Source: an uncultured archaeon (GTDB lineage Archaea; Asgardarchaeota; Heimdallarchaeia; Heimdallarchaeales; Heimdallarchaeaceae). Taken from it: a DNA stretch of 49,373 nucleotides. The notes beneath the pieces were generated by a model. That model was not told the DNA's origin. It worked only from the letters and a program-made list of their open reading frames with translations, and searched no databases. The stretch is from positions 1 to 49,373 of the forward strand of contig CAZHRF010000011.1 of the NCBI GenBank assembly GCA_964534625.1. Direction: 5' to 3'. Shown here one piece after another: positions 28,611 through 38,370 of the stretch (its first letter is position 1; every line of letters starts with the position of its first letter). The position numbers and the translations under genes are program-made.

Positions 28611-29771
28611 ATGGCTCTCGATATAGATTTTGTTATAACTTTACTAATTACTGGTTTAATGTTAATTATTGGTATCATCTTTGTTATTCAATCCGTTGTA
28701 AAGAAAAGAAAAGCATACTCTCTGACTATAGCCATCTTCATTGGAATGGTGGCTTCTCTCGTTGAAACTTTACGTTTAGGATTGGATTTATCCTTGAAAA
28801 CATCTGCGGTGTTAACAATAAGTCTTTCAACATGGAGTTTAATGTACTTTATCACCATGTTTTTTTTCATGCAGCTTAATTCAGAGAGCATTAATCCAGT
28901 TGTTTTTGGTTTTGGACTAACTTTTTTCTTGGGTGAGATTGTGTTTGGGTGGTTGAACACACTACCTTATTACACAGATAATTTCGAGCATGTTATCACC
29001 TTGTTATGGGATTTTTGCTACGATGCTTTGGGCATTTTAGTTTTTGCTTATGGAGCTTACGTCCATTTCAGGATTTATAAGAAAACAAATGAAAAAGTGG
29101 GTCTACTTTTATTTTCAGCTCTTGGTTTAATCGCTTTTGGGTTTTTTTGGGCTTTTATGGGTGATTTAGTTAAAGAATTAGGCGGGGTAGGTATAGTCAT
29201 TCAAGGATTCTTTAGTGTAAATGGTATTTTTGCAAATTCTTTACTGGTTGGGGATATCTTTAAGCTCGTGGGTTTATTCATTTTTGTAGGCTTTTACATG
29301 TTTAACTTCGAATACATTTTTCGGTTACCTTTCGAAATAGATTCAATTTTGCTTTTTAATCGACTTGGTATGCTAATTTACGCGGGTAAATATAGGATTA
29401 CTGATTATCTAATTGAAGATGAGAACATAGAAAAAGAAAGTATACCTATAGATTTGATAACTGCTGCAATTAATGCCTTTAGCACTTTTATGGCAGAGAC
29501 AACTGGCTCAAAAAAACCACTAGAAAAAATAATAACAGGAGATAAGCTAGTTATAATCAAACAATCTAAGAACGCTTCAGTAGCCATAATATCCACTCAA
29601 TCGAGTTATTTTTTGAAAAGATCAATGAAAGATTTACTTCAAGCAGTTGAAGAAAAGTATAAAGACGAACTTAAATTAGACTTTACTGAATCAAAATATT
29701 ACGACGATGTACCACGACTTATAGGGCACAAATTTCCATATTTGCGCCTACCGATTATTGAAAAATACTAA
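28611..29771 (+). CDS. 7TM membrane protein with C-terminal longin-like domain
   Basis: About seven hydrophobic segments; then ILLFNRLGMLIY, LITAAINAFSTFMAETTG, IITGDKLVII, terminal FPY. Confidence 0.72.
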   Translation: MALDIDFVITLLITGLMLIIGIIFVIQSVVKKRKAYSLTIAIFIGMVASLVETLRLGLDLSLKTSAVLTISLSTWSLMYFITMFFFMQLNSESINPVVFGFGLTFFLGEIVFGWLNTLPYYTDNFEHVITLLWDFCYDALGILVFAYGAYVHFRIYKKTNEKVGLLLFSALGLIAFGFFWAFMGDLVKELGGVGIVIQGFFSVNGIFANSLLVGDIFKLVGLFIFVGFYMFNFEYIFRLPFEIDSILLFNRLGMLIYAGKYRITDYLIEDENIEKESIPIDLITAAINAFSTFMAETTGSKKPLEKIITGDKLVIIKQSKNASVAIISTQSSYFLKRSMKDLLQAVEEKYKDELKLDFTESKYYDDVPRLIGHKFPYLRLPIIEKY

Positions 29772-29839
29772 AAGAAGAAAAGAATTTGCTCTCTTCTTAC
29801 TTTTGATTTACTTTTTGATGGTCTTTTTGAATGGATTAT

Positions 29840-30955
29840 TTATTCGAAATTAAATTCAAATTCTTTCAATTGAAATTTGTCTCTAAGGAAAATCAATTCT
29901 TTCTGTAAACTTTTGTTAATTGGTACACCTTCTTTCATGACTTTTTGTTGCGCTATATATTCTTTTTCTCCTGCTGTGTAAATCCTTTCCTCACCAGGTA
30001 CCTTTTTTGCTCGTCTTACTTCTCTGCATATTCTTCCTGCTATTTTTTTGAATGTATTTAGTTCAATGAAATGTTCAACATCTATGGCAATGAAGAAATG
30101 TCCTACACGATAGTTTGTGGGTTTACCTTCTTCTGTGAACCCCGAAAGATCTTTTAAAAATTTGCCATCTTGTAATGCAGCTGAAAGTAATTCAACAACC
30201 ATAGCATATCCATACCCCTTATATCCAGCTGTTTCTTCACCTTTACCACCCAAGGGCAATAAGGCTGCTTTACCTTTTACAAAGTCTTCAAGTAGTTTTG
30301 GGGCATCTCTTCTTATTTCTCCTGTTTCACCATCAATAACACAGTTATCTGGGAGCGTTGGATCTTCCTTTCTAGCATATTCTTCCACTTTACCTCGTTG
30401 TATAATTGACGTCGCGCAATCTAAAATAAAATTAAATTCTTCATCAGTAGGAATACCATACGTTAAAGGATTTGTACCGAACATTCCTTCAGCTCCGAAT
30501 GTTGGAGTAACAGCTGGTCTGGCATTTGTACCTGTTATCCCTATACATCCTTGTTTAGTTGCCATTAAGCTATAATAACCCGCTATACCATAATGAGTAC
30601 TATTACGTACAGCAGTCATACCTAGTCCGTATTTTTTAGCTTTATCTATAGCGATTTGCATGGCGTTTTTAGCCACCCAATGACCATTGCAATGGTGGGC
30701 ATCAATAACCGCCGTGGCATCTTTGTCTTTCACTACTTCAAAATTAGTGTCAGTAGGATGTCTACCTGTTTCTACTCGGTCATAATAATATTTCAAACGT
30801 TGAACACCGTGACTTGTAATTCCGCGTATGTCGCTTTCTATCAGTACATCAGCGCTAACTGTTGCATGAGATTCAGGATACCCATACGCTTGAAAACAAG
30901 CTTTCATGAAGGCATGCAATTTTTCAACTGGAATATGAGCTATTTGTTCTTCCAT
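29840..30955 (-). CDS. Ldh_2 family oxidoreductase (malate/L-lactate/sulfolactate dehydrogenase-like)
   Basis: DIRGITSHG, RNSTHYG, GTNP, LDCATS, GYKGYG, AGEKE. Confidence 0.92.
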   Translation of the reverse strand: MEEQIAHIPVEKLHAFMKACFQAYGYPESHATVSADVLIESDIRGITSHGVQRLKYYYDRVETGRHPTDTNFEVVKDKDATAVIDAHHCNGHWVAKNAMQIAIDKAKKYGLGMTAVRNSTHYGIAGYYSLMATKQGCIGITGTNARPAVTPTFGAEGMFGTNPLTYGIPTDEEFNFILDCATSIIQRGKVEEYARKEDPTLPDNCVIDGETGEIRRDAPKLLEDFVKGKAALLPLGGKGEETAGYKGYGYAMVVELLSAALQDGKFLKDLSGFTEEGKPTNYRVGHFFIAIDVEHFIELNTFKKIAGRICREVRRAKKVPGEERIYTAGEKEYIAQQKVMKEGVPINKSLQKELIFLRDKFQLKEFEFNFE

Positions 30956-31078
30956 AATTTCACCATTAAAATAGTAAGAACAAATGAAAAATATTAAGAT
31001 TTGGATTTATTAAAAGAGAAAAAAATATTATTGCCAGATAGTACTTTTTTGAAAAAATTTAAGAAAAATGAAAAGAGA

Positions 31079-33274
31079 TTATTGATATTGTTTTACCAAT
31101 TCAATTATATCAGGAAAGTCCATGCCAAGTTCTTTTAGTTTTTCTGGAGTAGGGGCACCTTGTACAGACCATCCGCGAATATTATATACTGCATCTTTTA
31201 GTTTTTCATATCTTTGTTCTCTATATTCACGTATAGCTGTCATTTGTTCTTCTTTGGTCATTGTATCTGGATCAACCCCTATATCCTCACGGAGCTCTTT
31301 TTCATAGTATCTCTCGTAACGACTGTCAAATTCTTCTTCTGTTACTGGACCGACTGCACGATAAGGAATGCGATCAAAGTCTCTAGGTGTAATTCCTTCG
31401 GGAAGATAACGGATATTAAGCGATCTCTGGAAATTATATGCTTTTTCACTCATTTTAATATATTCTGCAGAGTTAATTGATTTACCTGTAACAGAGTTGA
31501 AGTATCGTACATAATTTAATACATGTTCAGGAATTTTTGCTGGATCAGCCAAGTCATCGGGTACTTCCATTCCATCTGATGTAATCCTTTTTTCTGCTAC
31601 TTCACGATTATCTTCTGGCACTATATCATTCCATGGAAGTTTGCACAAACCTAATAGCCCGAATGATGTTCGCCACATAGGAAACCAGTGTAGCGCTTGT
31701 GCTTTTTGTTCGAAAGAGGGCATATTGTTTCTTACTTGGTCTTCAAATATAAGCCATGCTTCATCATGTTGAGGACCTTTTAGCGTTAAACCATACCCTC
31801 CTTGCTGAGCTAGACTTTCTTTCGTCATATATTCGCTAAATTCAAGCCCTTTGCTCTCCATCCCGATATCTTGCATTAATTGTATCTGGTCATCAGTTAA
31901 ATTAAATTCTTTAGCAAAGTGCTCCTTCATCTTTTTAATACCTTGTCCAACTATTTTACCGAATCCTTCGCCACGTGCCATTTGATGAATAACTTCTAAG
32001 GCAGCATTATTATTTCCCCATTCAAGAACTATTCCCCCAGTACGCTCTTTATTGAGTATGTCATATTCATAAAGCTCCATACAAAATGCCATAGCAGTTC
32101 CTACACTAATAGTATCAAGTCCATATGTGTCACAATAAAAGTTAACTTCTAGAATACCATCAGGATCCGATTGATACCATAATGAGCCACAACCACCGAG
32201 TGTTTCATATTCAGGTCCATCTACTGATACGGTTTCTCCTTTGTAAGGGCCAGTTGTGCAAATATGATTTTTTGTACCATGGGAGCATCCAACTGTACAT
32301 CCTTTCCAACATGGGTCTGGACCTTTTTCGAATCGTTTATACCACGCAGCTGGGCCTATTTTTTCATGTTCATCAAATTTACCAAATTTGAAATTTTTTG
32401 TGGGTAAAAGATCATATCTGTGCATTATGGGAACGAGATGGGCTGTTCCTAAGTTTCGCATATCATTTTGTTTTGGGTCAAGTTCAATTATTTCTTTGGT
32501 GTGTTTTTTTCCTACCTCTTTTAAAACTTCATCCTCAGCTGGATTATTATCTTTCGTCACGACTTTTTCTTTTTTAACAACCAGAGCTTTAATCTTTTTA
32601 GCTCTAAAAACGGTACCTGTTCCGCCTCTTCCCGCTTGTTTATATCTTACATAATCTCTACGTGTGTCGAACCAGCTGAAATTAAGACATCCCATGAAAT
32701 TATGTTCTGCACCAGGTCCTGAGGAAACAACCGAAACATTTCTCTTATCACTTTCATTCTTGGCATATTTTGTGGTTAATAACTTACCAAGTTTATAGGT
32801 CTCACTTGGTAGATCCTCTGCTTCTTCAATGGATATTTTACCTTTATCACCATCTATATAGACGATTATTTCTTTATCTGACTTTCCTTTTATCGCAAGT
32901 GCATCGAAACCAGAATATTTGAGAAAGGGCCCAAAATACCCACCAACATTAGAATCTATGATAATACCTGTTAAAGGAGAAATTGCTGTGACTATGGATT
33001 TCCCAGATCCAGGAAAAATGGTTGTACCTGCAAGTGGACCAGCTGATATTACCAATACATTACGAGGATCATCCCACTGTATTTTCTCTTTGGGGAGATG
33101 TTTGTACATGAGCCATAAATCAAATCCTCTTCCACCAGTAAACTTTTCTTTAATCTCTTCACTAATTGGTTCTATATTGATCTCTAATCTCTCTAAATCA
33201 AGAATAAGTGCTTGATTGGCATATCCTTTTTTTAACTCAGGAATTTTGTATTTGAAGTCTAAAAGTTTATTCAT
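31079..33274 (-). CDS. aor: Tungsten-type aldehyde:ferredoxin oxidoreductase family protein
   Basis: SPLTG, DSNVGG, AGRGGTG, CWKGCTVGC, GPEYET, GLDTIS, LCKLPW; ATG 33274 has ggtga/gagg upstream and is preferred to TTG 33289. Confidence 0.92.
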   Translation of the reverse strand: MNKLLDFKYKIPELKKGYANQALILDLERLEINIEPISEEIKEKFTGGRGFDLWLMYKHLPKEKIQWDDPRNVLVISAGPLAGTTIFPGSGKSIVTAISPLTGIIIDSNVGGYFGPFLKYSGFDALAIKGKSDKEIIVYIDGDKGKISIEEAEDLPSETYKLGKLLTTKYAKNESDKRNVSVVSSGPGAEHNFMGCLNFSWFDTRRDYVRYKQAGRGGTGTVFRAKKIKALVVKKEKVVTKDNNPAEDEVLKEVGKKHTKEIIELDPKQNDMRNLGTAHLVPIMHRYDLLPTKNFKFGKFDEHEKIGPAAWYKRFEKGPDPCWKGCTVGCSHGTKNHICTTGPYKGETVSVDGPEYETLGGCGSLWYQSDPDGILEVNFYCDTYGLDTISVGTAMAFCMELYEYDILNKERTGGIVLEWGNNNAALEVIHQMARGEGFGKIVGQGIKKMKEHFAKEFNLTDDQIQLMQDIGMESKGLEFSEYMTKESLAQQGGYGLTLKGPQHDEAWLIFEDQVRNNMPSFEQKAQALHWFPMWRTSFGLLGLCKLPWNDIVPEDNREVAEKRITSDGMEVPDDLADPAKIPEHVLNYVRYFNSVTGKSINSAEYIKMSEKAYNFQRSLNIRYLPEGITPRDFDRIPYRAVGPVTEEEFDSRYERYYEKELREDIGVDPDTMTKEEQMTAIREYREQRYEKLKDAVYNIRGWSVQGAPTPEKLKELGMDFPDIIELVKQYQ

Positions 33275-33343
33275 CCTCTGTTTCACCAAAATTTGTAATA
33301 AGTAAATTTTGCTGTGAATAGTTTTAAGATTTTCTACTCGATA

Positions 33344-33430
33344 TGTAGATGCGTCAAAAAAATTGTAGATGCGTCAAAAAAATTGATCTCAAAAAAAAAT
33401 TAAGCCGATACAGAAAAAATTAAGCAGATA
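33344..33430. repeat. 20-bp-period repeats in the divergent aor/degV intergenic region
   Basis: tgtagatgcgtcaaaaaaat x2 (33344-33383); then aaaaattaagc(c/a)gata x2 (33395-33410, 33415-33430). Confidence 0.88.
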
Positions 33431-33483
33431 TAAAACAAAGACAAAGACAAATATTTTATAAAGATCAGTTTTCAAAATTTGGT

Positions 33484-34350
33484 ATGAAGATTAAAGTATT
33501 GGTAGACTCAGCGGCAGATTTACCAAAGGAATATTTCAACAAGTATAAAATCAAGCGAGTTCCTCAAAAAGTAATCTTTGAAGATGGTGAAGAACTCAAG
33601 TTAGGTGAGGATATTTCAGTTCAAGAGTACTACAAAAAACTAGAATCAACAGATACAATACCTTCTTCTTCAGCTCCTAATGTTTATGACTTTGTGAAAA
33701 TTTTTGATACCTCCCTAAATAATGATCACTATGATCACGTTCTTTATTTTTCTATAGCTTCACCTCTAAGCTCAACATATAACAATGCTCGTGTAGCAGC
33801 AAAAAAATTTGAAACCAAAGTTGATGTAATAGACACTCAATCAGCTTCTGGCGTACAGGGTTTATTAGCTTTAGCTGCTGTTAGGTTAATTGAAAAAAGC
33901 TATTCAATTAAAGATATTCTTGAACACATTGAAGCATTAATACCCGATAGTTTTTGTATAGGTGGTCTCACAACATTAACTAATGCATATAAAAGCGGTA
34001 GACTCACTTCTAAATTTGTATTGTATTTAACTAGGTTCATCGGAGTAAAACCAATTTTTGTAATTGAAAGACCAGGAATACCCAAATCAAGATTTCCGGG
34101 ATTTTTTTCAAATATATCAATGGAGAGACGTCTTGTAAAATTAACAAAAAGAAAGTTGAATACTCAAAAGCAGTATAGTATAATGATCTCTCATGTAAAC
34201 AACATTGAAGGTATGGAAAGAATTGTATCTGAGATGAAAAATATTGGAAACATCACGAATATTTATACAACCGATTGTAGTCCTATTATTGGCACGTATG
34301 CGGGTCCTGAAGCAATAGTTATCTCTTCTTTGCCTTCCTTAGACCTATAA
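33484..34350 (+). CDS. DegV/FakB family fatty acid-binding protein
   Basis: VDSAADL, PSSSAP, LSSTY, IDTQSAS, KSGR, GVKP, ISH, IIGTYAGP. Confidence 0.9.
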   Translation: MKIKVLVDSAADLPKEYFNKYKIKRVPQKVIFEDGEELKLGEDISVQEYYKKLESTDTIPSSSAPNVYDFVKIFDTSLNNDHYDHVLYFSIASPLSSTYNNARVAAKKFETKVDVIDTQSASGVQGLLALAAVRLIEKSYSIKDILEHIEALIPDSFCIGGLTTLTNAYKSGRLTSKFVLYLTRFIGVKPIFVIERPGIPKSRFPGFFSNISMERRLVKLTKRKLNTQKQYSIMISHVNNIEGMERIVSEMKNIGNITNIYTTDCSPIIGTYAGPEAIVISSLPSLDL

Positions 34351-34371
34351 CTCAGTTTAAGCGTTCCTTTA

Positions 34372-35220
34372 TTAAGCAGTCTTTCTAATTTTTTCTAAGA
34401 ATCTACCTATCTCAGAAGCTATTTTCTCTTCATTGCCTTTATGTGCTCTATGGAGTTTAGCTTTTAATTGAATAACCTCTGATTGAGGATGAACCAAAAA
34501 TTGTTTGGATTTTTCTGGATTAGTAAAGAAATCTTCTTCACCTATAAATGTTAAAATAGGCACAGTTAATTCTTGTAAACGTTCTTTTATATTATAATAT
34601 GCTATATACTCTAAAGTAAACCGTCTCTGGCCAAAGGCATCATTTTCTTGTAATTGTTGTTCTGCTCGTTTCACATTGGCCATCTCTGCTGGTTTAAACA
34701 TTCTAACATAACATTTTACTAAAAACACTGCTATCTTTTGAAAGCCAGCCATGAAAATATCTGGAATTTTACTTAACCATTTGTACCAAAAGGGAGTATT
34801 ATATCTTACCTGAGGACTGTTAGCAATAATTGCCATGGGTTTCGCACCAGTTCCATCAAGAAAATAATTAAAAACCATTGCAGACCCTGTACAACTCCCA
34901 TAAAAAACATATTTGCCATCTTCATAGTTTAATATGTCTAATATAGAGGCTATCTCGTCATTATAGGCTTCAATTGAAAAAATTCCTCTTTTTCGGGGAG
35001 CAAAAGATTTACCAAAACCTTTTGGTTCATAAACTGTTATATTTCCGTAGTATTGTAATGCTTGTAACAAATCTTCATATGTCTCAATCTGACTTGCCCA
35101 ACCAGGTATGAAGAGTATATTATTGTGTGTGTAATTTTCACTTGTACAAGGTAATCTGAGGAGCCTAATTTTTATTTCAGGATTATCTTGAATTTTTATA
35201 TATTCAATAGCATCAAACAT
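34372..35220 (-). CDS. Alpha/beta-fold hydrolase with Cys at the nucleophile elbow
   Basis: FIPGW, PKGFGKS, YGSCTG, GEEDFF, HRAH. Confidence 0.8.
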   Translation of the reverse strand: MFDAIEYIKIQDNPEIKIRLLRLPCTSENYTHNNILFIPGWASQIETYEDLLQALQYYGNITVYEPKGFGKSFAPRKRGIFSIEAYNDEIASILDILNYEDGKYVFYGSCTGSAMVFNYFLDGTGAKPMAIIANSPQVRYNTPFWYKWLSKIPDIFMAGFQKIAVFLVKCYVRMFKPAEMANVKRAEQQLQENDAFGQRRFTLEYIAYYNIKERLQELTVPILTFIGEEDFFTNPEKSKQFLVHPQSEVIQLKAKLHRAHKGNEEKIASEIGRFLEKIRKTA

Positions 35221-35385
35221 ACAGAATAAATTTTTATTATTTACTTATATGTGTTTTCAATAAATTTGTCATTAATTATTTTTGTTTCTTTTGCATGAAC
35301 TATTCCACTCTAAAGGATGGTTTTTCCTGATTCTTCATAGAAGCAACCTCAAAAGAATAACGAAGGTTATGACCAAACAAGTGGT

Positions 35386-35793
35386 TTAAACAAACTGTTC
35401 TGCTCCAACTGGTCTACTCTCATTTTCAAATGCTTGAATTTCAATAGTATATCCCATGGGATCTAAATAGAACCCATTATATATTCTATATTGGGGTGTA
35501 TGTTGTGGTTCACGCTTAACTTGGATATTAGACTCAACAAGGTACTCATGCCAGTCGTCTACTTCTTCTGGTGTTTCGACTACTAAAGTTAAACAAATCG
35601 CATCAGGATTAAGAATACCTATATCTTCCTTCTCACAAAACCCCCAGTAACCATATTCACCTACTCTAAAGATAACACACTGTCCTTGATCTAAAGCAAT
35701 TGGCATATTTAGAACTTGCCCATAGAACTCTTTGGTTTTCTCAAGATCATCTGTTGGTAGAAAGGTAATCGGATAACTAAATATTGATGGCAT
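35386..35793 (-). CDS. VOC/glyoxalase family protein
   Basis: DLEKTKEFYGQVL and YLDPMGYTIEIQ motifs. Confidence 0.9.
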   Translation of the reverse strand: MPSIFSYPITFLPTDDLEKTKEFYGQVLNMPIALDQGQCVIFRVGEYGYWGFCEKEDIGILNPDAICLTLVVETPEEVDDWHEYLVESNIQVKREPQHTPQYRIYNGFYLDPMGYTIEIQAFENESRPVGAEQFV

Positions 35794-35881
35794 GATTAAT
35801 TATTATTTTTTTAAAATATAAAATTTATTGTCTCAAAATGCTTTTCTAGAATAACTAAAAAGACTCTTGTTTTTCTCTTTT

Positions 35882-37012
35882 TTATTCTGAAACCACCAAA
35901 TTTTCTTTTTCAAGATAAGGAAAGGATCTTTGCAGCAAACATAACGCTTGATCAAATACTGATACATCTCCCACATAATTGACAATGTCGACAGAATAGG
36001 TCTTACAAAAATCAGCTAAAAATGATCGCAATGAATAGTCAAAAACTTTAATGATTTTATCTGTAATTAACAATCCAGTAATTGAACCATGATTTTTGAT
36101 TAGAAGTTGTTTATCTTCTAATTTTATATTTGTAAGAGATTTACCATGAGAACCACTAATCTCAGATATGAAACTAGAAAAGGCACTGAAAATGCCTCCC
36201 ACTACAAAATCTTTCTGTTTATGCTGTACAAGTTTATTACGGACGGAAAAAATCGGGTCTGCAGATGAGTGTATAATAATCAGTCTATAGACAGTTACAG
36301 GGGTTAAATACACAAAATCAGTGGAAATGAGATACACTAGTAATATTATAATTATTGAAATACCAAAGCCTATAGCTCCATAAATCTCAAAAGCAAAGAT
36401 ATGTTCAAGAAACTCTAAAAATGCCACTACTAAAGCAATAAAAAATGAAATAATGAATGCAAAGGTGTTTTTTCCAACAGTAGATGCTTTGGTTTTGATG
36501 TAGGTATAAATACTTGCTGTAAAACAAAAGGCAACAGCATAAATTTGGTATAAATCAAATATAAGCATGAACGGTTTATCATTCATATAATTAGGTGGAG
36601 TATTAGGATTAATTACAACCGGTGATAAGTTATAGCCAAAATCTAACATCATTGCAGTAAGAAAAGAAACAATGAAACAGATTGCAATTATAGAGAAGTA
36701 CTTCCATCCGGTGAAGTACTCAAAATGTAATATTAAGAAAAGAAAAATCAAACCATATGGAATGTATTCAATTTTTGCTAAAGTGTTATTATTCTGATCA
36801 AAATTGGTATAAATAGTAAGAAAATAGAAATATGTTTCTAAGCACCCTTGTAACAAAGCACAAATTAAAGCAAAAGATAAAAGAGAATAACCCCTGATTC
36901 CTTTCTTCTTCCATCTATAAAGAAACAATAAGAGAATTAGGAGAATTATGCTCATTTGAACGATTTTAATGATTAATTCTCCAGTATTTTCCATAGTGTC
37001 ACTTCTTTTCAT
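35882..37012 (-). CDS. 7TM membrane protein with C-terminal longin-like domain (paralog of 27333-28472)
   Basis: Shares EL..KI.Q, IPY.L, EIYGAI.FGI and S.FD...R.FP with 27333-28472; true start may be ATG 36994. Confidence 0.75.
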   Translation of the reverse strand: MKRSDTMENTGELIIKIVQMSIILLILLLFLYRWKKKGIRGYSLLSFALICALLQGCLETYFYFLTIYTNFDQNNNTLAKIEYIPYGLIFLFLILHFEYFTGWKYFSIIAICFIVSFLTAMMLDFGYNLSPVVINPNTPPNYMNDKPFMLIFDLYQIYAVAFCFTASIYTYIKTKASTVGKNTFAFIISFFIALVVAFLEFLEHIFAFEIYGAIGFGISIIIILLVYLISTDFVYLTPVTVYRLIIIHSSADPIFSVRNKLVQHKQKDFVVGGIFSAFSSFISEISGSHGKSLTNIKLEDKQLLIKNHGSITGLLITDKIIKVFDYSLRSFLADFCKTYSVDIVNYVGDVSVFDQALCLLQRSFPYLEKENLVVSE

Positions 37013-37184
37013 ATAAACGTTATATAGGGCTTAATAATTAAAAATTAAAGAAAAGCAATAAAAACATTTCGTCAATATAAGAGTTAAATCATCTTGACCT
37101 ATTAAATCGTCTGCAAGACTTTTCTCTCTTTCTTCATTAGTTTTTCCAATCTAACTTTCCTAATTGACTAAAATAAAACCAAAA

Positions 37185-37222
37185 TTTGCTATGATATATT
37201 ATCTTTGCTATGATATATTATC
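37185..37222. repeat. Perfect 19-bp tandem duplication overlapping the SAMP/MoaD stop codon
   Basis: tttgctatgatatattatc at 37185-37203 and 37204-37222. Confidence 0.92.
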
Positions 37223-37499
37223 CTCCTGCAATATACGGCACGAGTGATATTTTGTCTCCTTCTTTCACTTCTTTTGTTTTTAAATCGGAAATAGGACAAC
37301 TTTTGCCATTGATCAGAATTGAATAAAAACTACTAAGTCTTTCATTTGAAAAAAGAATATTATTAAGTTTAGGTTCATGTTTTTTTTCTAATAAATGCAA
37401 TGATTGTTCTATTGTAATACCATAGGGGACTTCCAACTGGATTTTATTAGTACCTGTGATTTGTCTAATCTGACCAAAAACAATAATGGAAATCTTCAC
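37218..37499 (-). CDS. MoaD/ThiS/SAMP ubiquitin-like protein
   Basis: Beta-grasp pattern (FGQIR, ILING, EGDKISLVP) and C-terminal GG; GTG start. Confidence 0.9.
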   Translation of the reverse strand: MKISIIVFGQIRQITGTNKIQLEVPYGITIEQSLHLLEKKHEPKLNNILFSNERLSSFYSILINGKSCPISDLKTKEVKEGDKISLVPYIAGG

Positions 37500-37540
37500 T
37501 TCAATCTTCCGTCATATTTGTAAAAAGGATATAAACAAAA

Positions 37541-38098
37541 TTAAGTGTTCATATTATCATATTGAGCTATAATTTGTGTGGCGAGAGATTCGAATGCATA
37601 TTGAACATTTACGCCCGTCTTAGCAGAAGTTTCAATGTAAGGCACATCAAATGTTGACCATTGAGAAAGATTTTGGGCATACTGTTGAGCATATTCTTTA
37701 GGCACGCTTTTGGATACTTTATCTCGTAGATCTACCTTATTGCCTATTAGCACCATAGGAACAATTTTATTTTTATTATTGCGTACCAGCTCATTAATCC
37801 AATTAGGTATCAGCTCATATGTTTCTGGTCTTGTTATATCAAAGAGTAATAGAGCTCCAGCTGCTCCTCGATAATACACTTCTCGTACTGTTGAGAAACG
37901 TTGTTGTCCCGCGAGATCCCATATCTGTAATGTAACATCACGCAAATCAGCTTTGATTTTTTTGACAGCAAAGTCAGCCCCAATAGTCATTAAATAGTCG
38001 CCTTCTTTAAAGCCCTCTCCCATGAATCTTTTTCTTAAACTTGTTTTACCTACAGCGCCTTCGCCTAGTAATGCAATTTTATATACTGATTGACTCAA
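37541..38098 (-). CDS. Rab-like small GTPase (Ras superfamily)
   Basis: G1 GEGAVGKT, G2 TIGADF, G3 WDLAGQ, YYRGA, G4 NKVD, G5 ETSAK; TTG start with ggtga RBS; no C-terminal prenylation Cys. Confidence 0.95.
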   Translation of the reverse strand: MSQSVYKIALLGEGAVGKTSLRKRFMGEGFKEGDYLMTIGADFAVKKIKADLRDVTLQIWDLAGQQRFSTVREVYYRGAAGALLLFDITRPETYELIPNWINELVRNNKNKIVPMVLIGNKVDLRDKVSKSVPKEYAQQYAQNLSQWSTFDVPYIETSAKTGVNVQYAFESLATQIIAQYDNMNT

Positions 38099-38370
38099 GA
38101 AATTTCACCTATGAATATTCATACCTTTAACTGCTTATATTTAAATAGTGCTATACCCTCAATAAAAAAATATATTCATAACATAAAAGTATTACACTAA
38201 GTGCAATAAGTTCTTTTAGAGAAATTTAGAGAAATGTCTCTGTAAGTATATCACTTTACTTAATATCACACGTGAAGAAAGGAGAACAGACTAGAAAAAC
38301 AGAAAAAATATCACTCTGTTGCTCCTGAGGATGATAAGTGGCAAATACAAAAACAACTACAAGGTTAAAA

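Noticed and set aside
27333-37012. Microbial rhodopsin identity for the 7TM proteins
   Set aside because: No convincing retinal-binding motif; a DIFK in the last helix of the 28611 protein was noticed but is not shared by the two paralogs and other rhodopsin signatures are absent
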